64,000 bases of DNA. Origin: Cenococcum geophilum (Eukaryota). The notes below the pieces were generated by a model. The model was not told the DNA's origin. It saw nothing but the letters and a program-made list of their open reading frames with translations, and did not search any database. The translations under genes were made by a program, and so were the position numbers. Shown here piece by piece: positions 26,684 to 39,499 of this stretch (its first letter is position 1; each line of letters starts with the position of its first letter). The stretch spans positions 7,502,001 to 7,566,000 of the forward strand of contig CP158636.1 of NCBI GenBank assembly GCA_050273025.1. The letters run 5' to 3'.

Positions 26684-27801
26684 GTACGTATAAATTTTCT
26701 CTCTTATATACATTAGCATATAGCTAACTATTAGGATTATTGGCAGCAACCTGTATATACCTAGCTGGTCAGGGGTGTTTCCAGCACCTAGGTCTGATCT
26801 GTACCTCTACGTGGTATCTAAGATAAGTAGCTATATAGCGAAACCAAATAGATTACTATGTACACAGTTATATTAGTTTAATTTGCGGAAATATAATTTT
26901 CCGGTCTATATTGGCCAATAACCTAATATTGACCAATATTTTATTGGCCAATAAGCGATATTGGATCTACATCGTATTTGCTTATTTTCGCCTAGCCTGC
27001 TTGAGTCTGTTATCGACTTACAGCTCTTTCGATATTGTCGGTGTCTGGCGGGGGAGAAGTTGATTCTTGAGCTTTGGTGCTTGTTAGCGTCTTGTCGTCT
27101 GGCAGATACGAAGCAGTGGTATTACACAGTTGAGCTGTCGCCTCCCGCCGCGCACTTTGCTCTTCGGTCTTTGAGCCCTTCGCTCTGAAGTTGAGCAGGT
27201 ATGCGTGCTAATGAGCTTTTCGGGTATTACATATATCAGAGCGGAGTGTTCCCCTTTTGGAAAAAATATTGATAGTGGGCTGGTGTGATCTGCTGAGTGA
27301 TCTTCATGGAGTATCTGCGGTTTGACTTAACCGCGGGTCATCGCGATATATCATGACGTTGAAAGACCCTCTCCGCACGGTAAGATTAATGCGCTCTCGA
27401 AACTCCCTAGGAACTTGGAGATTCTAGATAGTCTGGTCCACTGCGGAAGATAGGCCTTACGGAGAGGGTTTGCTTATGGACCATAATTCCTCGATATGAG
27501 TATTTTATCGTCCTAGATGGTTGATCGTTGGGACGAGTATGATGAAATTGTTCTGCTGGAGTTCCGGCGAGGCCGTAGTTTTCTCTCGTAGCACATTTGA
27601 GTACGCGTTCGACCAATTAATTGCCTTTAGTAGATTTCCACAGAGACCATAATCCAATTTGGTGTATTTGCCGACGTTGGACACTGTCACTGGTCGGAAA
27701 ATCTATCGGAAGGGATGACAGAACTGAAGGGACAAATACTGAATGCAAGGCTCGATGCCCTGTTGCAAAATTGGAAATCCGAAAATTCTCACAGAAGCTA
27801 A

Positions 27802-28540
27802 GGGTACGTTCGGTTGCAAATCGGCTCCATATCATATTTGTTCAATCCGTGCGCCTTTTAGCGTCACCCGTTTTGTAATTAGTGGCGGCTACTGCACTGG
27901 CTGATTTGAATCTGTAAATGAGTCGATCGTTCAGTAAGCCTCCATATGAGGCTCCAGATTTGGCTTCGTACAATCCATGATTAACATCGGTGAGCGATCC
28001 GAGTGACTCCCTCTGCCGCCAGGCCTCTATCGTGACTCCCAATCGAGACGCTTCTTAAACAGGTCGGATTTACGAGTCGTTGCTCGTGGCCGTAGAGCAA
28101 CTGCGACGTCCACTTTGTTCCCCGCCATATATCAGTATACTAAGTACAAACACTCCCCAGAAATAAGCTCATTGCGATTACAAAGGTCAAAATAATAACA
28201 TCAGATAAGGCTTGCAAATGCGACAGCAGTATCGCGATCGGGGTGTGTGGAGTCGCCATATCACAAAAGTCGTTACTTTGGCGCGTATACGAGAGCTCCA
28301 TATTAGTATGAATATGGAACGGAGGCTCAAAGGCAACATATTGAAACGGTGCCAAGAACCTCATTTCAACTACCGTATATAGTATAGCTTGCAAATTTGA
28401 CGCGCTTACCGATATGGAGGAGCTCCATATTCAAAAGTCGTCATATTTACCGAACGACCACCTCATATTCAGATTTGAGCTCCGTTTCGGTTAAATATGG
28501 AGCCTCCATATTGGATATGGAGGTGCAACCGAACGGCCCC
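27802..28540. mobile_element. PIF/Harbinger-type non-autonomous element (MITE, 739 bp)
   Basis: 17-bp TIR GGGTACGTTCGGTTGCA / TGCAACCGAACGGCCCC (2 mismatches); TAA on both flanks (27799-27801, 28541-28543); repeated internal CTCCATAT/ATATGGAG motifs. Confidence 0.8.
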
Positions 28541-29409
28541 TAACTAGAATCGTGAAACATCGGAGAGTCATAGCGTTTAGCATTGAGTGCATTGAGTGGT
28601 TTCAAAGTTCTGTAGGGAGCGGTCCGCAGATGCCCCATACAAAGGCCCAACAGTCACGATCCACCCAATAATATGTGGCACCTTGGTCGGCCTCTGATCC
28701 AAACATGCACTGGAGCAGGTTGATAGCGTGGCTGGTCCCCGTTTGGAGCAAATTTAATGATTAGGGTAGCCATAACTCCGGTCATTTGATGACTGATGGT
28801 TCCTCTTTCTAGGCCTTAGAGCCACTCAGGCTGTTAAAAGTAGGCTTGTTTTAATGAAGTATGCTGTTAAACACACTAATAGGATCCGCAAGAATCTCGG
28901 GATCTGACCGCACCAGATAGAACTCCGATCAACAGACATCAAAAGCTTCCTGACAGCGGCCTCAAGGGTGGACCTGAACTCTCGAACGTAGACAAGGTCC
29001 AGGACCACACTATCCGTCATCCGAACAAGTTGAACGAGTGTTCCCTTGGTAGGCCATAATTAGAAATGTAAATTTTGTTGAAGGCCGGACTCCACGGAAT
29101 TGACGTGCCGTTGGAACTCCTACAATATGGATAAAGTGTTAACGCAGGCACTAAGGCTTCTAAGGAGCCTCTGCTAATTAGAGGATGATGGTTGAAGGGG
29201 CGAAAGCGTTTCCCAACACTGGAAAAATTGGACACGAAATTGATGTCGTATGATGACACTTATTTAATCCGTAAATCGTTTGTGTAGACTTCCTGGCAGC
29301 AGTCTTTCAAGTAGAAGAAAAAATTTGTTCCTCGGCACTTGGTCGCAACATCCACTCTCAAAAACCCTCTCAGCAATAGCCTACTAGAATGCCAAAGAGG
29401 CAAAAGAAA

Positions 29410-29485
29410 TGTGTCGGCCGGGAATAACCCGGGGCCCATCGATACTCACATGCAACGATGGATTTTACCACTAAACCACCAACGC
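29410..29485 (-). pseudogene. tRNA-Gly(GCC)-derived pseudogene
   Basis: Minus strand GCGTTGGTGGTTTAGTGGTAAAATCCATCGTTGC[ATGTGAGT]ATCGATGGGCCCCGGGTTATTCCCGGCCGACACA: tRNA-Gly body, expanded anticodon loop, T-loop missing CG, one acceptor-stem mismatch. Confidence 0.8.
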
Positions 29486-30779
29486 GTTGAGTTATTCTCT
29501 CGTGGCTCGAATGAGTGATGGTGAAATCTTTTTGAATTTATATCCCATTTCAATTTCAAGCGCCTGCAGGTTGACTAGTAATTCTCTCAGTAATGGCTCG
29601 TAGTATTAGGATTGGAAGGTTGTTAGTGTGTCGTTTGATACTGGGTGCGGTGGACACTCGTTCGTAGTTTATGAGGGACCAGCGCTTTAATTTGCCTTCA
29701 GCGGGTAGGTATCGAAGATTCTAGAAGATAACTGTTCGCTATGTATAAGATTGTGTTTGGTAATACTTGTTTCAGTGCTGCTGATCGTGGAGTAGGAAGC
29801 CTTGGTAATGTGAGATAATAAGAGAAATTTTGAAGGTTCAGAGGCTTCAAATCCTAGAGAAGACAAATAAAATATGGTCAAGGGTTTAAAGATAACATGC
29901 GGAACGTTGATCCCCCAACGTAAATTTTGACCCGAGTTTATAAGTAATAAGCTAATTAATTTTAGAGCTTTATTATATAGACTTTAATTAATATATATAG
30001 AGATAAGGTTTTCTAGGGGGAGACCCCCTGGGACCCCCTATATAGAGCTTTTGCTTAATTTAAAAGTAGTAGTAAGATTAAGGCGCCTTAGTCACTGCTA
30101 GGTAAGGATCTACTACAGTGACTAAGGCGCCCTACTTAAGCTGGGCTTAAGGATTATATTGGTCACGAATCTAGTATATATTTGGACTGTAGAGCTTTAA
30201 TATAGAGCCCTCTACGTAGGATCTAATATAGTAGATTATAATTCCAATTTAAAGCTTTATATACTAAATATTTTTAATACCTAATAACTAAATCGCCGCA
30301 TAGCTGGAATTAAAGTCTACTACCCCAACTTAATTAAATACGCGTGTAGGAAGAGATATAACTGTATATAGAGACGTCTAATATAATTAAGTAACCACGT
30401 TATTACCCACCCAGTTCGGACGTATAATGACGCAATGGCTTAGCGATAACGTAATAGCTTAGCGCCGAGTAATAGGAGGGGGGAGGAGGGGGAGGAGATT
30501 AGGGGTGGCTTGGCCACTGCAAGAAGGTTATAATATTAATATGGTGTTAAACTTTAAAAATTGTATCCTAGGAGCTTAATTAATAACCCCTATATAAAAC
30601 GTTAATAATATTTAATTATAGAGCTTTAAACTAGTAGATCTTTTAGGAATACCTATTATAAGTAGCTCTAAGTACAAAATCTAGAATATTTAGTAGTAGT
30701 GTAAGTATGGGACGGGAGTACATATTTGCGTTCCTAAATGTCGTTACGTAATACAATTTTTGGGTAATAAAAACCGCCG

Positions 30780-31775
30780 TTAACGTTGCTCGACTAATAC
30801 CTACCGGAGGTTCCTTTGTCCTTTCTATCTTCTCTCTTACCCGTCTCCTCGTCCGATGCTATTTATATCGCTATATTAACTAATAAATCCCTTAATAGAG
30901 ATTAGGGAGAGGTATTAGAGCGCCTCTAGCTCTTATAAGGAAGAAGAAAGAAGAAGAGAGGAAGGTATAGAGGAGGGAGTATTTATAAATAGGAGGAGGC
31001 CTGTAAACGGGAGATTAGGCAGCCATAATATAGACATTAATATTACTTAACTAACACCTACCGGACGCCCCTCCGTCCTTTCTGTCTCCTTTCTTACCTA
31101 TCTCCTCGTTAGATACTATTTATATCGCCACATTAACTAATAAATCCCTTAGTAGGGACTAGGGAGGAGTATTAGAGCACCTTTAGCTCTTATAAGGAAA
31201 AAGAAAAGAAGAGAGAAAGGTATAGAGGAGGGAGTATTTATAGATGGGAGGAGGCCTACGAGTATAGGAGATTAGGCAGCTATAATATAGACATTAACGT
31301 TGCTTAACTGACACCTACTGGACGCCCCTCCGTCCTTCCTGTCTCCTCTTTTACCTATCTCCTCATTAGATACTGTTTATATCGCCACGTTGACTAATAG
31401 ATCCCTTAGTGGGGACTAGGGAGGAGTATTAGAGCACCTCTAGCTCTTATAAGGAAGAAGAAAAGAAGAGAGAAAGGTGTAGAGGAGGAAGTATTTATAG
31501 ATGGGAGGAGGCCTACAAGTATAGAAGATTAGGCAGCTATAATATAGACATTAACGTTGCTCGACTAATACCTACTAGACGCCCCTCTGTCCTTTCTATC
31601 TCCTCTCTTACCTATCTCCTTATTAGATGCTATCTATATCGCCACGTTAACTAATAGATCCCTTAGTGGGGACTAGGGAGGGGTATTAGAGCACCTCTAG
31701 CTCTTATAAGGAAGAAGAAAAGAAGAGAGGAAGGTATAGAGGAGGGAGTATTTATAAACGGGAGGAGGCCCTACA
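30780..31775. repeat. Tandem repeat, 257-bp unit x ~3.9
   Basis: Units start at 30780, 31037, 31294 and 31551 (TTAACGTTGCTCGACTAATACCTAC...). Confidence 0.95.
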
Positions 31776-32869
31776 AGTACGTAATTTGGTAAGTACTAAT
31801 AGCACGAGATTCTTATATAAGATGGGCTTAATTGCTTACTAAAATACGGGGTGTCTCTGTTACTGTAGTGGCTACTATAGTAATAGAGACGCCTTAAATA
31901 TTTAATGTAACTAACTACTAAGGCTGTTAATAAGTAAGAGGTAGGCTACCGATATAGTGCGAACGATATAGTTAGTGATATCATTTATAGCCTGTTTTTG
32001 CTTCTAGTATACGCGTAGATTGTCCTTATATTTGGCGTAGAGCTAGTTATAGGCAGTAAGCTAGTTTAGATCTAGCTTTGCTATTAATATAGCTATAGGT
32101 AGTATGTCCCTTAGTATAGGCCGACTTAGTAGTTCTAGCTTTAAAAGATTATCTTTCTTCTTAGATAGGTCGATATACTGCTATACCTTGTTAGTTTTAG
32201 CTGTGTCTTAGATAATAAAGAACCATTAAATCTAATTAGATGGCTTGTTAAGGATAAGGTTGATTTTTAATTTAATAGAGGTTGTTATTTTTAGAATTTA
32301 ATAGGTTAGGAAGGGTCTAGGTTAGGGTCTAGCTAGCGTCTTAATAGAATCTTATTTAGACGTTCCAAACTTTTAATTTAATTTATTAGTTTAGATTACT
32401 AAAATCTAAAATTTTATTATAGGGAGCGCGATTAATAACCCCTACTAATAGCTCTAACTACGTCTAATTTTTGATTTATAAATTGGTAGATCTATAGGTA
32501 ACAGTTATTATAAGTAGCTCTAGGTACAGTATATATAAAATCTTAACTATAGTGTAGAGAAGTCGTGGCTGCTAATATAGGGTTTTAAGTATTCTTGGAG
32601 GTTACGTAACTTCTTATATAAGCGACATTTCCGCCCTTAAAAAAAAAATTAAAAATTTCCAAAAATTGATTAACGCTATAGACAGCAGCAATATTAATTT
32701 AGTAGTACTGCCAATTCTCCCTATATACCATTATATGTATATCTAACAGCTTTAGAAGCAGTAAGAAGGTAGGACAGATAGGGGGGGTTAAAATTTAGAA
32801 AATTGGATTTCGTGGTTAAGCTATTTAAAAGTTAGGAAACTAAGGCGAATGCTATATTCTCCGCTTACC

Positions 32870-33230
32870 TCTAAGCCAGTATATAATTTCCTAATTAGGA
32901 AAAGTCGTTTATAAGTAGTTGCTGCTGCCTCCGTGTAAAATCTTCTTATTATACCTCTTTAGTCTTACTTATAGATAACTAAAATTGTTCTATATTAAAC
33001 CCACGTTTAAATATAAGCCCTAAAAGCTTCTTAACTCGTAAGATTGCTATATAGGTTAGCCTAGCTATTTTATCCTTTTCCTTAACATCTAGAACCACTT
33101 AGTTAAGTATTAGGCCCTAGCTTTTATATACGGTAAGAGTAAAAGCTAGAGCAATTAGAAATTGATGCTGTAAGTAAGAGCCTTTTATACCCTCCCACTT
33201 ATAAAGCATAGAAAATATAGGAATAACTTT
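32870..33230 (-). pseudogene. Helitron PIF1 helicase, C-terminal segment
   Basis: HQFLIALAFTLTVYKS*GLILN*VVLDV...LTYIAILRVK, the RIP form of QFPI.LAFALTVHKSQGLTL...YVAISRV. Confidence 0.88.
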
Positions 33231-36200
33231 CTTATTGTCGGAACGTTAATTATATAACGTGGTCACGAGACCATATAGCGAGGTTAGCTAACCTGACCTT
33301 AGAGCAACCCCTTACTTCTAAACAACAATCAACTACTAACTTTAATACCGCATACGTACCACTATAAGTAATATTCGTGCACGTTAATAAAGAGAGTTAT
33401 ACTAACACTAATCAGTAGATATATAAATTAGGAAATACGCAATAGCAAAGCTCAAAACCACATATTAGCTTAACTGCTAACACATTAAATCACAGAGCTA
33501 TCGCCCTATTTCAGTTAAAGGAGAAAACTACGTTACCCTTAAAGCTTAAAACCACGTATTAGCTTAACTGCTAACGCGTTAGATCGCCTAGAGAACTATA
33601 TCTTTACTTAGAGAGAGCTACGTTATCCTTAAAGCTTAAAACCACATATCAGCTTACTAATATATTAGATCGCCTAGAGGACCCTTAAAGCTTAAAACCA
33701 CGTATTAACTTAACTGTTAACACGTTAGATCGCCTAGAGGACCATATCTTTACTAAGAATCGTCTACAGTATCCAAGAACTATAGATTCGTCAATAGGAC
33801 ATATATATACCTTTATACCCTCACCTTAAACCTAATAACTACCCTTATACCTACCCTTATACACCAAGACACGACAGTATAGAAATTAACTAGAAGGAAA
33901 GAATTACTAAATACGGCTATAGAATTAACTTAGAAACGGCTACGGATAATAACCTAATGGAGTATATAGAGACTAAGATGCACCTATACACACAATCCAA
34001 CCTTATAGACTTTACATTATAGACAGTATTTTAGAAAGACTTTAAGAACTTTACGCCGGAGACCTTTAAATAAGTACAATCTAATACTAAAATAGGAATC
34101 TATTAATACCTAGTTAAGAGAGGAGTATATATTATTAAGTAAAATAAGAGATACTCCCTTAGCAAGGTACTAACGGACATCGCTAATAAAGAAGAGTTTT
34201 ATAAATAGATAAGTAAGGAGCTTATCGCGGCCCTTATAGAGGCAAAGCTAATAATTATAATAACTCTACAAGACTAACTCAATTTAACCTTAGATAAGCT
34301 TGCTACACCTCTAGCCCCACTACTACTACTAGCTACTTTACTAACTCCACTAGCTATTCTAGCTACTATACTACTAGCTACTCTAGTTACAGCACCGCCA
34401 GCTACTCTAATTGCTACTCCCGCTACCCCTCCTAGTCCTTAATCCTCTAATTACAACCAAATCTATACTCTTATTAACTAACTACTATAGCTAAGAAAGC
34501 AGCAACTGCAGCAGCCATAGTAACCGCAGCAGCTATATATATATACACCACCTAAACCAGCCGTGCCTAGTGTGGAGTAAGAACCTAGATATAATAAGGA
34601 GGTGGCTATAATTGTAAAGATCTATACAGACGACCAAAAGTACAATGGAGTTAATAATAGCTTTAACTTTAAGCTAACTATCTTTTATAACATTTATAAG
34701 AGATCTGGCTTACCACTAAAAGGCTATATAGTGGCATTCCCTAGCATACTAAAAGGGCTTACTTAGGACCACTACTATAATAGCAACCTTAAGTTAAGAC
34801 CTTTTACGGAAGCCTGCAACTATATACAACAATTCTTTAAAGGGCTAGAATACTACTATAAGAACCTTATAAAGTAGAACAGTATAACCCTCTAAGGAGT
34901 TATAAATAAGAACCCTAATAGGTTAATCTATTAGAACTTCTAACTACTTATAGACAAGCTACTAAAGCAACGTTATAAACTATACCTAGACTTCTATATA
35001 AACCGTATTCTTATAAATAAGCTAGTTACTGCTTACTAGGGAGTACTAGCATGCCATATTACTATCTCTAACCCTTTAGAAAACCTCTTTTAATTAATTA
35101 GTAAGCTATAATCCTCTATTATTATATAGGAAAAAGAACACCCCCTATAGGCCTTAATAAGATTATCTTACTAAGCCTTTTTTACGGATTAATATTACTA
35201 CTGAAATAACCAGAATTAAGACTAAAACACTAATCGCTACGGCAGTAATCGCCCCTATAGAACTAACGGCAGACTAAAGGCCAAGTGCTACGTCTATAAG
35301 AGGGAGGACTACTATTTATAGAAATATATAGAGGAGGAGCATAATTAGTCCAGAGACGACTATAAGAGATATTTTATTAATATTAAGGGCCGTAATAAGG
35401 GCAACTTTAATAACCACTTTAAACAATATATCGCCGCCTATAAAAGAGATAAAGAGGATAACTTAGACTTTAAAGCCTATACATATAACGCTAACAACTC
35501 TAGGAGCAATGCTGGAGAACCTAATAATAGTTCTACCTACATCACTACCTTTAGAACGCTTACTATAGAGAAAGCAACCTTTATAAGCGTAAAGCTAGCT
35601 AATAAGGCTTATACGCACCTACTTACGGCTTTAATACTTACTATAAAGTCTACTACGGAGCCTCACATAAAGACCAACCCATTTGCCTATAGTACGGCTA
35701 CAGCCACAGCGTTACGGTATACCTTAACAGTCTTTATAGGAATTATAATTAATATAGGTGCTTTGCGCAAGTCTATAGCTAGCTATAGTTAATTCTAAGC
35801 TCTATAGGCTATAGATAAGTCTGTAAGTCTTAATATATTAACTAAGGGCCAAGTAACTATCTAATTTGGGATTAGAGCCTCTACGTCTATCAGAACTATA
35901 AACGTTAACAGCCCTATAGGTAAAATACAATTCCATATCATTAAAGCAGATACTCCCTTTTTACTTTGCTTAGCAGATATAGATAGACTCTATATTAAAT
36001 ACGATAACCTAAAGGACGTCATTATTACTCGCACTAAAAAGGTGCCAGTAGTTAGACGATTTGGCCACCCATTTCTCTTATAAAGCTTCTCCTTACAGTC
36101 CTATCTCGTCAAGTCTTTTAATATAAACCCTTACTATTTAACCGACGTAGAACTACGACGCCTATACCGTTAATTTAGTTACCTATTAGTTAATAGACTA

Positions 36201-38984
36201 TAAAAGCTTTTTAATAAAACTAGCTATAGCTATAATACTAATAGATCTACTATTGAAGAGCTAACTAGACTCTACCACTATTGCTAGAAGTTTAGCAGAT
36301 CTCTAGGTAGATTTCGCTTTACCTTATAAGACGACATTAATTTTAATTACAATATTATTATTAATATTATATATATTAACGGCTCCCCCCTACTATATAT
36401 AGTTGACAAAGCAACTTAATTTTAAGCTAGCAGATAGCTATGAGATATCAGTACTAAGTACACTTAGGACGTTCTACAAATATACTAGATTAATAGCTAT
36501 TTAGGACTATTAGACTTAATTACTATAGACGCTAGAAAGAACTTTGTTAGTAAGGAGTTTAAACACTACGCTACTACTATAGGAGCAACCATAAAGTTAG
36601 TTCCGGTCGAATTACATAATTCTATTAGAATAGTAGAATGCTACTATAGTCCGCTACGACAAGCCTACTAAATCATTACAACTAAAATCCCTAAAATTAG
36701 TAAGGAAATAGCCCTATAAATGGCCTTTAAAGCCATTAATAACACGGCTAGCCTAGAAGGCCTAATCCCTATACTCCTAGTCTTTAGAGCCTACCCCTAA
36801 ATAGTTAAATTAGACGTACTATTACCTTTAGTTATATAGCGAGCTGCGGCCATTAAGAAAGTAATAGTGGAAATCTAGAAGTTATAAGCTAAACGATAGA
36901 TTGCTAACGCTCTTAATATATAAAATAGACCATAAACTAACGCTATTTACGGCCTCCCACCTAGTTCGCCTATCTTAGTCTAGAGAAAAGGCAATACTAG
37001 CTAAAGTAGTTATTAGGACGGACTATATATACTACTTGCCGTTAACGGCGAAACCTACACCGTAAAGCTACTAAATAGGCCTACAACCTTCTGCTCTATA
37101 GTTATAAAACCTTACCTACTAGACCTATAAGACCTAGTTAAACCACAAGAGTCTGCTAAATTAGATAAACTAGTACCTTTACTAGCTAAACCTTAATTAT
37201 TACCTAAGGCTAAACCATAGCCACTGCCAAAGCGAGGTAGAGGTCGCCCCCATAAATACCCATTACTTATAGCCGTTGCAGATATAGCTATTACGGATGC
37301 TATAATAGATATAGGCGCTTTTATAGGTAATATTACGGATATTGCTAATATCGCTATCTACCTACAGGACGATAATACCATAGATACGGCTAATACCACT
37401 ATTTACTTATAGAACGATAGTAACACCTAATTTAGTGCTTTATAATAAAAGGAGGTTATAGGCCTACTTAAGAAAGGCGTCTTTAAGATTATTAAGCTGT
37501 ATAATATACCAAAGGGGGTTAGACTCTTTAATTTATGGTTTATTAACAAGATTAAGAATAAGGGAACCGATAAAGCCTTTAAGAAATTATAACTCGTCGT
37601 ACAGGCCTATAATAACTTGGAGAAAGAGCTAGTTCTTACTTAGTTACTAACAATTTAACAAGTTAGCTAGCGGCTAATTCTTTATATCGCTACTATACTA
37701 CTATAGATATAACTTTACCTCCGAGATATTTTATAAGCCTATATCCAGTCTACTATAAACCTAAACCGCGAGTTCTATATATAACTACTACACAAGCTAA
37801 ATAAACAATTGGGAATTAATATAGACTCCATTCTAAAGGTTATAAAGCCACTTTATAGAGTACCTAAAGCTAGAAACTACTGGTTTAAGACATACCATTT
37901 ATACTACGTTAATTAGCTGCGAATAGACTAGTCTATATACGACCCTTGCTTGCTTTACAGCGATAAGCCTTTTAGAATTGTTAGCCTATAAACTAATAAT
38001 ATACTATTCCTTATAGATAATACCTTTATAGAGGCTAAATAAAGCGAACTATATAAGGCCGAATTTATAGCTAAGGAGTAAGAGCAACTAACTACTAATA
38101 CACCAATTAAGTTTAATAGAGGACTTATTTAATTAATATAAGACGGAAGTATTACGCTAACGCAAAAGCACTAGTATAAGAACCTTAGTATGGTTAATAC
38201 TACGCTAGTAGACAGCACTAGCTCTAGAGGAGTTACGCGTGGCCTACTTATGCTAAAGGACTAGTATATCGCTTAACGCGCTAGAGGAGCCTATATTGCC
38301 TTAGTCTGTTAGCTAGAGGCCTTATTTAACCTATCCTTTACTACCTAGGTAATTAACCTAGTTAAAGATAATATAAAGAGTCTTAATAAGCGATTAAGCT
38401 AGTAGATTAAGAACGTAAATAGAGGCCTAAAGTTTATTAAGCTAGATATTAATACCTTACAACTCCTAGTATTTATAGACGCTTCCTTCGCCAATAATAA
38501 GGACCTATCTTTATAAATTAGCTATATTATTGTACTAGCTAACGTAACTAAGAAGGCCAATATCGTCTATTAAAGCTTAATTAAGTATAAGAGAGTCATT
38601 AGAAGCGTTTTAGCCTCTAAACTCTACGGAATAACTTACGGCTTTAATATCGCCGTCGCTATTAAGTCTATAGCAGACAAGGTCCTATAGACCAACCTCC
38701 TACTTATACTTTGTACCGATTCTAAGTCGCTATATAACTGTCTTATATAACTTAGAACTATATAAAAGAAGCGATTAATAATTAATATAATATGCCTATA
38801 ATAAGCCTATAAACGTTAGCAGATTATAAAGGTTAAATAGATTAATAGCGAAGCTAACCCTACGGACGCAATAACTAAGGGGAAGCCTTATATCGCCCTA
38901 TAGCAACTTATTAACACAAACTAAGTTAATATATAGGCTATAGGTTAGGTAGAATGTAAGGAGTAATAGAAGGTGGCTTGCGGG

Positions 38985-39190
38985 TTATATAACTGGCAGA
39001 AGATGGTAGAAACTTATATAACCGGCAGAAGATGGTAGAAAGTCATATAATTAGTAGAAGTTAGGTTTAATAGAATTTGGCAGAAATTAGTAATATAGCA
39101 GAATTTAGTAGAACTCTGTAATATGGCAGAATTTAGCAGAATTTAGTAACATAACAGAATTTAGTAGAAAATTGATAAGTCGGCAGAATA
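38985..39190 (+). repeat. Short tandem repeats in the 3' UTR of copia A
   Basis: TATATAACYGGCAGAAG(ATGGTAGAA) x2-3 followed by multiple GCAGAATTTAGTA units. Confidence 0.75.
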
Positions 39191-39499
39191 TAGCATGTGC
39201 CGCGCCCTAGCGCTATTATAGCTATTGCGTATTATAGACGGGAGAGCTAGCTATTATGTATATGCTATAAATAGTCTAGAAGTAGGCTTAACTTTAAAGT
39301 ATAGATTAGCCTTCTTTTTAGAGTTACTCTAGTATTAGAACGTTAATTATATAACGTAGTTACGAGACTATATAGTGAGGTTAGCTAACCTAACCTTAAA
39401 GCAACCCCTTACTTCTAGATAATAATTAACTACTAACTTTAACACCGTATACGTACCACTATAAGTGATATTCGTGCACGTTGATAAAGAGAGTTATAC

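Larger units (their letters stand above)
23439..26999 (+). mobile_element. hAT DNA transposon, full length (3561 bp), RIP-degraded
   Basis: Perfect 8-bp TSD CTTGAGTC at 23431-23438 and 27000-27007; imperfect TIR CAGTGTAGGCAAAAATAATC vs CAGGCTAGGCGAAAATAAGC (reverse complement of the right end); clustered subterminal ATTGGCCAATA motifs at both ends. Confidence 0.95.

Noticed and set aside
28600..29400. Short minus-strand ORFs (64 and 80 aa)
   Set aside because: No motif or splice support; possibly a decayed gene.
30780..31775. CRISPR-like array
   Set aside because: Units are contiguous 257-bp tandem copies with no unique spacers, in a eukaryotic context.
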